Shown: positions 35,561 through 40,303 of the stretch, in pieces
Layout: each line of letters opens with the position of its first letter
Position numbering within the stretch: position 1 is the first letter of the stretch
Virus record (IMG/VR): IMGVR_UViG_3300037470_000091
Coordinates: 1-40,303 of that record
DNA from: a virus
Lineage: Duplodnaviria; Caudoviricetes
DNA: 40,303 bases
Reading direction: 5' to 3' (one strand)
Notes under the pieces: generated by a model
Told to the model about the DNA's origin: nothing
Seen by the model: the letters and a program-made list of their open reading frames with translations, nothing else
The model's database searches: none
Program-made: the position numbers and the translations under genes

Positions 35561-35988
35561 TCGGATTCCCCGAGTTCGCGCAGGAGGGCGCGGGCGGCGT
35601 CATCGCGCGTCCAAGCGTAGCGGTGCGCCGGGTCTTCGTTAACCCACTCGGTAGCGAAACGGACAGCATCCTCGAAAGAGCCGTCGAGTTGGCCGTCACG
35701 CGCACCTGCCAGCAGCCCGAAGTCGGCAAGGCCGGAGTCGTAGCGCACGCTGAAGCCATAGATCGACTTCACGAGTTCCACACCACGCACACCACGGCGG
35801 TAGCACTCGCTCTGCCAGCGGCACAGGGACTCGGACTCGAAGTACTGCTCCATCCCTGGACGCTTGGAATGTGGGACGGTGCGCTCCTTCTCCGCATGCA
35901 GGGCTGCATGTACTTGCTGGCCGACAACTACATGCATCCACGGCAGCGGCGTTGCGGGCGTGTCTTGGATGCTGTGCTTGGTAGTCAT
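35557..35988 (-). CDS. Hypothetical protein
   Basis: MTTKHSIQ start overlaps the upstream stop. Confidence 0.55.
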   Translation of the reverse strand: MTTKHSIQDTPATPLPWMHVVVGQQVHAALHAEKERTVPHSKRPGMEQYFESESLCRWQSECYRRGVRGVELVKSIYGFSVRYDSGLADFGLLAGARDGQLDGSFEDAVRFATEWVNEDPAHRYAWTRDDAARALLRELGESE

Positions 35989-36206
35989 TCGGCCCCCTTG
36001 CGCAGGACCGCCATATCCAGCACGTCGCGCCATGTCGCTGCGGCGAGGCGCGTAGGCAGTTTGTTGGTGATTCCCAGCTTGGCGACCTCGGCGATGTACC
36101 AGAAATACACAGAGCCTTGGAGCTTGCGATACCGAAGCTCGCTGCTGCGGGACACGTCGAGCTTGGCAAGGGCGCGCTCTTGGACTTGGATCAGCGTGTG
36201 CATCAT
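35985..36206 (-). CDS. Hypothetical protein, first gene of the leftward early operon
   Basis: GGAGG RBS before ATG, directly downstream of the promoter. Confidence 0.6.
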   Translation of the reverse strand: MMHTLIQVQERALAKLDVSRSSELRYRKLQGSVYFWYIAEVAKLGITNKLPTRLAAATWRDVLDMAVLRKGAE

Positions 36207-36230
36207 GTGGCCTCCGGTGAACATGGACGT

Positions 36231-36260
36231 AGCATAAGGCTACGCTCAACGTTTTGTCAA
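36231..36260 (-). promoter_or_regulatory. Sigma70-type early promoter, leftward, with overlapping palindrome
   Basis: - strand TTGACA-N18-TATGCT; inverted repeat CGTAGC-ATAAG-GCTACG (36228-36244) covers the -10 box. Confidence 0.6.
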
Positions 36261-36413
36261 TGACTTTCGCTTGCCGTTCTTTGTGCGCTGCCGCAACGCC
36301 CGGTAGAGGCTTACGCGATGCACCTTCGCTATGCGCGCCGCTTCATTGATAGCCAAACCCTCGTCCGCGAGGCGCATGGCCTCTCTCATTTCCTGCGATT
36401 GTTTAGCGCCCAT
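36246..36413 (-). CDS. Small helix-turn-helix protein, 55 aa
   Basis: MGAKQSQEMREAMRLADEGLAINEAARIAKVHRVSLYRALRQR. Confidence 0.65.
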   Translation of the reverse strand: MGAKQSQEMREAMRLADEGLAINEAARIAKVHRVSLYRALRQRTKNGKRKSLTKR

Positions 36414-36459
36414 ATATATCCATTGGCGCCTTGTAGCATAAAAGCCTATGCTTCGCAAT

Positions 36460-36618
36460 ATGGACACGCCGCAGCCGCTCCCCCTTGACACCCAGTTGCT
36501 TCTCGCGCTCCTCGACCTGAAGACGGAGAGGCTATTGAACGAGTGCGAAGCATTGATTGAGGATATCGCCAACAGGGAGGCCGCTGAGGCGGCTCAGGAG
36601 GTGCGTGATGCCGCGTAG
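36460..36618 (+). CDS. Hypothetical acidic protein, 52 aa, not in the ORF track
   Basis: MDTPQPLPLDTQLLLALLDLKTERLLNECEALIEDIANREAAEAAQEVRDAA*; ATG 7 nt after TATGCT. Confidence 0.45.
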   Translation: MDTPQPLPLDTQLLLALLDLKTERLLNECEALIEDIANREAAEAAQEVRDAA

Positions 36619-37171
36619 ATACTGGACGACTGGAGAAATAAGGCGTTTCCGTGCCATGTATGCGATGGCAACGATGACCGAATTGACGCTAGCATTCGGG
36701 CGCACTAAGGCGGCGATTAAGATGGCTGCTGTAAAACATTGTCTATCGAAGTCTCCGGCTTTAGTAGCAGAGAAATGCCGCTTTCAGAAAGGCCATGCTA
36801 CGTGGAACGCGGGCAAGCCATGGAGCCCGTCAGGAAGTCGCGCCACTTGGTTCAAGAGAGGGCAGCGCGGAGCGAGGCAGCGGCCAATAGGCAGCGAGCG
36901 GAACACGCGCGACGGCATCGAGGTCAAGGTTGCCGAGCCCGGCACATGGGTAGCCAAGGCGCGCGTAATATGGGAGCGGCGCAACGGCCCAATTCCTAAT
37001 GGCAGCATCATCAGGCTACTCGACGGCAGTAAGGACAATTTCTCCGCTGGTAACTTACTGTGCATCACGCGCGCCAAGAATATGCGATTGAACTATAGGC
37101 CAAGGCGACCGAAGCAGCGCTCACAATGGCTCATGCCGTTGCAGCAGCGCGCCGAACGCGCTAGCATCTAG
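36608..37171 (+). CDS. HNH-endonuclease-like protein with degenerate His
   Basis: RFQKGHATWN, PIGSER, RVIWERRNGPIPNG..DGSKDNFSAGNLLCITRAKNMRLN; AGGAGG RBS before ATG 36608. Confidence 0.72.
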   Translation: MPRRYWTTGEIRRFRAMYAMATMTELTLAFGRTKAAIKMAAVKHCLSKSPALVAEKCRFQKGHATWNAGKPWSPSGSRATWFKRGQRGARQRPIGSERNTRDGIEVKVAEPGTWVAKARVIWERRNGPIPNGSIIRLLDGSKDNFSAGNLLCITRAKNMRLNYRPRRPKQRSQWLMPLQQRAERASI

Positions 37172-37263
37172 CAGCGGGGAAAAGGCGAGCGTGCGCGCCC
37201 AGCCCTGCCGGTGCCTAGAACACCGGATACCCGCCCCTATATCAGCCTTTCTAGGAGGCACCA

Positions 37264-38286
37264 TTGGCAGCAGAACCGCCAGGCATTACAGAAGACGACT
37301 TCCCACAAGGGGCGACGAAAGATCGCCCCGCGAAGCCAAAGAAACCTAACGGCGAACTACCGCAGCAGGAAATTCCCAAGGGCGAGTCTGTATTCAGTCT
37401 GATAGAGCGCGATATCCCCGACCCGGTACGTTTATGCGATCCGTGGGCCACAGAGGGTCTTTGCATCATCGCTGGTAGGCCGAAGCTCGGCAAGACCACG
37501 TTGATGCGCCAGAAGCTCGCTGCGGCGGCGGCGGGCGGCAAGTTTCTGGATTCCGAGTTCACCAAGCCAGTCCTATGCGCCTTCCTATCTCTTGAAGAAG
37601 GACAGTTGCTATCGCGTCTCAAGTTCAAGCAGGCCAACTTTACGGACGACGCGATCTCAGGCATCCAAATATTTTTCTCATGGGAGCGTGGGCGCGAAGG
37701 CACAGACATGCTCGACCGCTACCTAACGGAAAACCCAGACGTTCAGTACGTCGTAATAGACAGCCTTTCGAGATTCCGTCAAATACCGGACGCTAGAACG
37801 CCAGCCTTTACGTCCGACTATGAGGCCGTGAACATGCTCCACGAGTGCGCCAAGTTGCACGCTGGCGTATGCATAGACATCGTGCACCACACACGCAAGG
37901 CCAAAGGCGACGATCCACTGGATGACATCTCAGGCACCTATGGCCTAACCGCAGCAGTCGATACCTGCGTCGTCTTGCGGCATCACAGCGAGGGGGCCTC
38001 CATGTTTATCACCGGCAGGCTTTGGGCCAGGAGCGACGACACCTACCTGCTCAAGCGCGATAGCGGCCAATGGGAAATGATCGGCGTCAGCATGGGGCTA
38101 TCGGAGGAGCAAATCCAGACCATTGACATCATAAAGGCGTCTGCTGGCGGGCTTTCGGGCACCGCGTTGGGCGAAAAACTCAACATCACGACTCAATCAG
38201 CTTGGCAACGCATTGAAATCCTTATAGAAAAGGGTTTTTTGGTCAAGCGCCATGGCCGAGCCTGCATCAAAGGCACGGTTCCGTAA
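37264..38286 (+). CDS. RepA-like (AAA_25) replicative helicase with C-terminal wHTH
   Basis: TTG start after AGGAGG; IIAGRPKLGKT (Walker A), LSLEE, VVIDSLSRF (Walker B), IVHHTRKA, DDISGTYGLTAAVD. Confidence 0.82.
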   Translation: MAAEPPGITEDDFPQGATKDRPAKPKKPNGELPQQEIPKGESVFSLIERDIPDPVRLCDPWATEGLCIIAGRPKLGKTTLMRQKLAAAAAGGKFLDSEFTKPVLCAFLSLEEGQLLSRLKFKQANFTDDAISGIQIFFSWERGREGTDMLDRYLTENPDVQYVVIDSLSRFRQIPDARTPAFTSDYEAVNMLHECAKLHAGVCIDIVHHTRKAKGDDPLDDISGTYGLTAAVDTCVVLRHHSEGASMFITGRLWARSDDTYLLKRDSGQWEMIGVSMGLSEEQIQTIDIIKASAGGLSGTALGEKLNITTQSAWQRIEILIEKGFLVKRHGRACIKGTVP

Positions 38287-38292
38287 ACCAGA

Positions 38293-38382
38293 AATACCCT
38301 ACTCGAATGACCTGTTTAACCTGATGACACGGAACCTCTCATCAGGTCTATCAGGTCTATCAGGTCAAGTGGGTAGGGTATT
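38293..38382. repeat. Nested inverted repeat with 9-bp iterons (candidate replication origin)
   Basis: AATACCCTAC/GTAGGGTATT outer arms; ATCAGGTC(T/A) x3 at 38341, 38350 and 38359 face two reversed copies (TGACCTG 38308, ACCTGATGA 38319). Confidence 0.7.
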
Positions 38383-38438
38383 CTCAAATCAGCGCAAAAT
38401 CACAGCAGCATTCTTGCGACGCAGCAAATAGCCTTCAT

Positions 38439-38467
38439 TTGCCATGCGCCTTTCGACGGCGTATAAG
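38439..38467 (+). promoter_or_regulatory. Candidate late promoter
   Basis: TTGCCA-N17-TATAAG, 44 nt upstream of terS. Confidence 0.45.
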
Positions 38468-38511
38468 CCTAGCCCTATCAATGCCGACAAAGCGATAGGG
38501 GTTAAATCAAC

Positions 38512-38841
38512 TTGGCCGGTGGCGCTCCGTTAGGCAACAACAATGCAGTCAAGAACAAGCCGTATCACGACGCGCTGCGGCGCGTGCTCGCGCAATACGA
38601 ATTGAGAGACAAGGAAGGCAAGGTTGTTGTGCCTGCTGGCGAAGCACTGCGCGCTGTCGTTGAATCTCAGGTCGAGGCAGCGTGGCGCGGAGATGTCCAG
38701 GCACAGAAAGAAATCGCAGATCGTCTTGACGGCAAGCCGAAGCAGCAGATAGAGGCGAGCGGGCCTGATGGCGGTGCATTCGTGACGAAGATCGTGCGCG
38801 AGGTTGTGCCGCCCAGCGGCCACGTAGAGAGCAAGCCTTGA
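38512..38841 (+). CDS. terS: Terminase small subunit
   Basis: GAPLGNNNAVK N-terminus and KEIADRLDGKPKQQIEASGPDGG; directly precedes terL. Confidence 0.8.
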   Translation: MAGGAPLGNNNAVKNKPYHDALRRVLAQYELRDKEGKVVVPAGEALRAVVESQVEAAWRGDVQAQKEIADRLDGKPKQQIEASGPDGGAFVTKIVREVVPPSGHVESKP

Positions 38842-40100
38842 GCGCGCAGCTCAACGATTCAGCGTTTTCTGAGTTACGCATCCCGGTTGCCGAGGTATTC
38901 GTACCGTTGCTAACTCCATCGCGCTACAAGGGCGCGCACGGCGGACGAGGTAGCGGCAAATCGCATTTCTTCGCCGAGCTTTGGCTCGATGAATCCATCC
39001 GCGACCGTCTTGATTTCGTCTGCGTGCGCGAACACCAGAAATCCCTGCAGTTCTCGGTGAAGAAACTTCTCGAATCGAAGATTGAGGGCCTGAACGCTGG
39101 CGCGTACTTTCAGGTACAGGACAAGAAAATTACGTCGCATATGGGAGGGCTGACGATCTTTGAAGGGATGGCCAACCATACCGCCGACTCGATCAAATCG
39201 CTAGAAGCCTTCGACCGCGCGTACTGCGAGGAAGGACAAAAGTTATCGCAGCGTTCGCTGGATCTACTGAGGCCGACGATACGCAAAGCTGGCTCAGAGC
39301 TGTGGTTCTCGTGGAACCCAGACCAGCCCACGGACCCAGTGGACGCGCTACTGCTAGCCGAGAAGCCGCCGCCCGGCACCGCTATCGTCACCGCGAACTA
39401 CATGGACAATCCGTGGTTTCCCACGGAGCTACGCCGCGAGATGGAGTACGACCGCGAGCGTGACCCGGAGAAATATCAGCACATCTGGCTCGGCGGCTAT
39501 CAGCGCCGCAGCGAGACGCGCGTATTCAAGAACTGGAAGGTCGAGGAATTCGAACGGCCTGCGGGCACGATTCACCGCCAGGGCGCGGACTGGGGCTACG
39601 CCATCGACCCGAGCGTTCTGGTGCGCGCGAGCATCGAGGGTAACCGGCTGTACGTGGACTACGAGGCGTACATGATCGGCTGCGAGATCGTGAACCTGCC
39701 AGATTTATTCGACCGCGTGCCTGAGTCGCGCAAGTGGTTCGTTACTGCGGATTCAGCGCGTCCCGAGACGATTTCTTACATGCAGAAACACGGCTACCCG
39801 CGCATGAACGCTGCGATCAAGGGGCCTGGATCGATTGAGGAGGGAGTCAATTTCCTGCAGAGCTTCGAGATCGTCGTTCATCCGCGTTGCGTGCATACGA
39901 TTGATGAACTGACGATGTACTCGTACAAGACCGATCCGCTGACCGGCAAGGTGCTGCCGGTGCTGCAGGACAAGAAGAACAACGTGATCGATGCTTTGAG
40001 GTATGCCTGCGAGGGAGTGAGGAAGGCGAAGCGTGAGCGCCCAGTGGTGAAGCGCGAGACGGTGAGGCAGCACGTGGCGCATGGGTGGATGGGCAGTTGA
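38838..40100 (+). CDS. terL: Terminase large subunit, PBSX/Sf6-like
   Basis: YKGAHGGRGSGKSH (Walker A), CVREHQKSL, IKSLE..EEGQ, LLRPTIRK, FSWNP, GADWGYAIDP, TADSARPETI, NNVIDALRYA. Confidence 0.95.
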   Translation: MSAQLNDSAFSELRIPVAEVFVPLLTPSRYKGAHGGRGSGKSHFFAELWLDESIRDRLDFVCVREHQKSLQFSVKKLLESKIEGLNAGAYFQVQDKKITSHMGGLTIFEGMANHTADSIKSLEAFDRAYCEEGQKLSQRSLDLLRPTIRKAGSELWFSWNPDQPTDPVDALLLAEKPPPGTAIVTANYMDNPWFPTELRREMEYDRERDPEKYQHIWLGGYQRRSETRVFKNWKVEEFERPAGTIHRQGADWGYAIDPSVLVRASIEGNRLYVDYEAYMIGCEIVNLPDLFDRVPESRKWFVTADSARPETISYMQKHGYPRMNAAIKGPGSIEEGVNFLQSFEIVVHPRCVHTIDELTMYSYKTDPLTGKVLPVLQDKKNNVIDALRYACEGVRKAKRERPVVKRETVRQHVAHGWMGS

Positions 40101-40303
40101 AGAGCGATAGCGCATGAATCAAGCCATTGCCGACGAGTTGGCATTGCTGGTCGCAGCAGGCAAGGGTTTACGCGATTGCATCAAGGCCGCAAGCTTGCCG
40201 GTGCGTGAGACATTGATCGAGTTGCGCGATGGGTATCGGCAGCAGTTCAGGGACGCAAAGCGCGTGCAAGTGGAGACGAGGTTGAGATCGCCGCAACGTG
40301 ATG
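40041..40303. repeat. Terminal repeat, right copy: 127 bp exact plus 136 bp diverged
   Basis: 40041-40167 equals 1-127; 40168-40303 aligns without gaps to 128-263 with about 36 mismatches (manual count). Confidence 0.92.

Noticed and set aside
33865-36237. Long + strand ORFs 33865-34737 and 35461-36237 (also 24732-25589)
   Set aside because: They are antisense to chains of coupled - strand genes that have good RBSs.
38341-38367. Short tandem repeats as a CRISPR array
   Set aside because: The units are 9 bp with no spacers, and no cas genes are present.
40168-40303. Diverged repeat as a DGR template/variable repeat pair
   Set aside because: Mismatches are not confined to adenines in either copy, many are synonymous, and no reverse transcriptase is encoded.

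Overview
The window is an apparently complete, circularly permuted ~40.04 kb genome of a GC-rich P22-like short-tailed dsDNA phage. Bases 1-127 recur exactly at 40041-40167 and are followed by a diverged second allele. The + strand late arm runs terS, terL, portal, fibre/spike-like genes, scaffold, P22-gp5-like coat, three glycosyltransferase-like genes, gp4/gp10-like tail proteins, a cupin, three ejection proteins, a tail fibre and lysis genes. The - strand arm carries many small early genes, an Rnl2-like RNA ligase, a Sak4-like ATPase and a 7-gene nucleotide-sugar tailoring operon: E1-alpha/E1-beta-like ThDP pair, methyltransferase, SDR, Fcl-like epimerase, YerE/AHAS-like ThDP enzyme and an NAD epimerase/reductase. 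Two tRNAs (Gly-TCC and an atypical Glu-TTC), VRR-NUC, HNH-like and RepA-like helicase genes and a candidate iteron origin are also present. I recognised no integrase, DNA polymerase or primase. The best candidate for a new system is a small phage that makes its own C-branched sugar and attaches it to the virion through capsid-linked glycosyltransferases; this is an inference. All calls come from reading motifs and synteny by eye, with no database searches.
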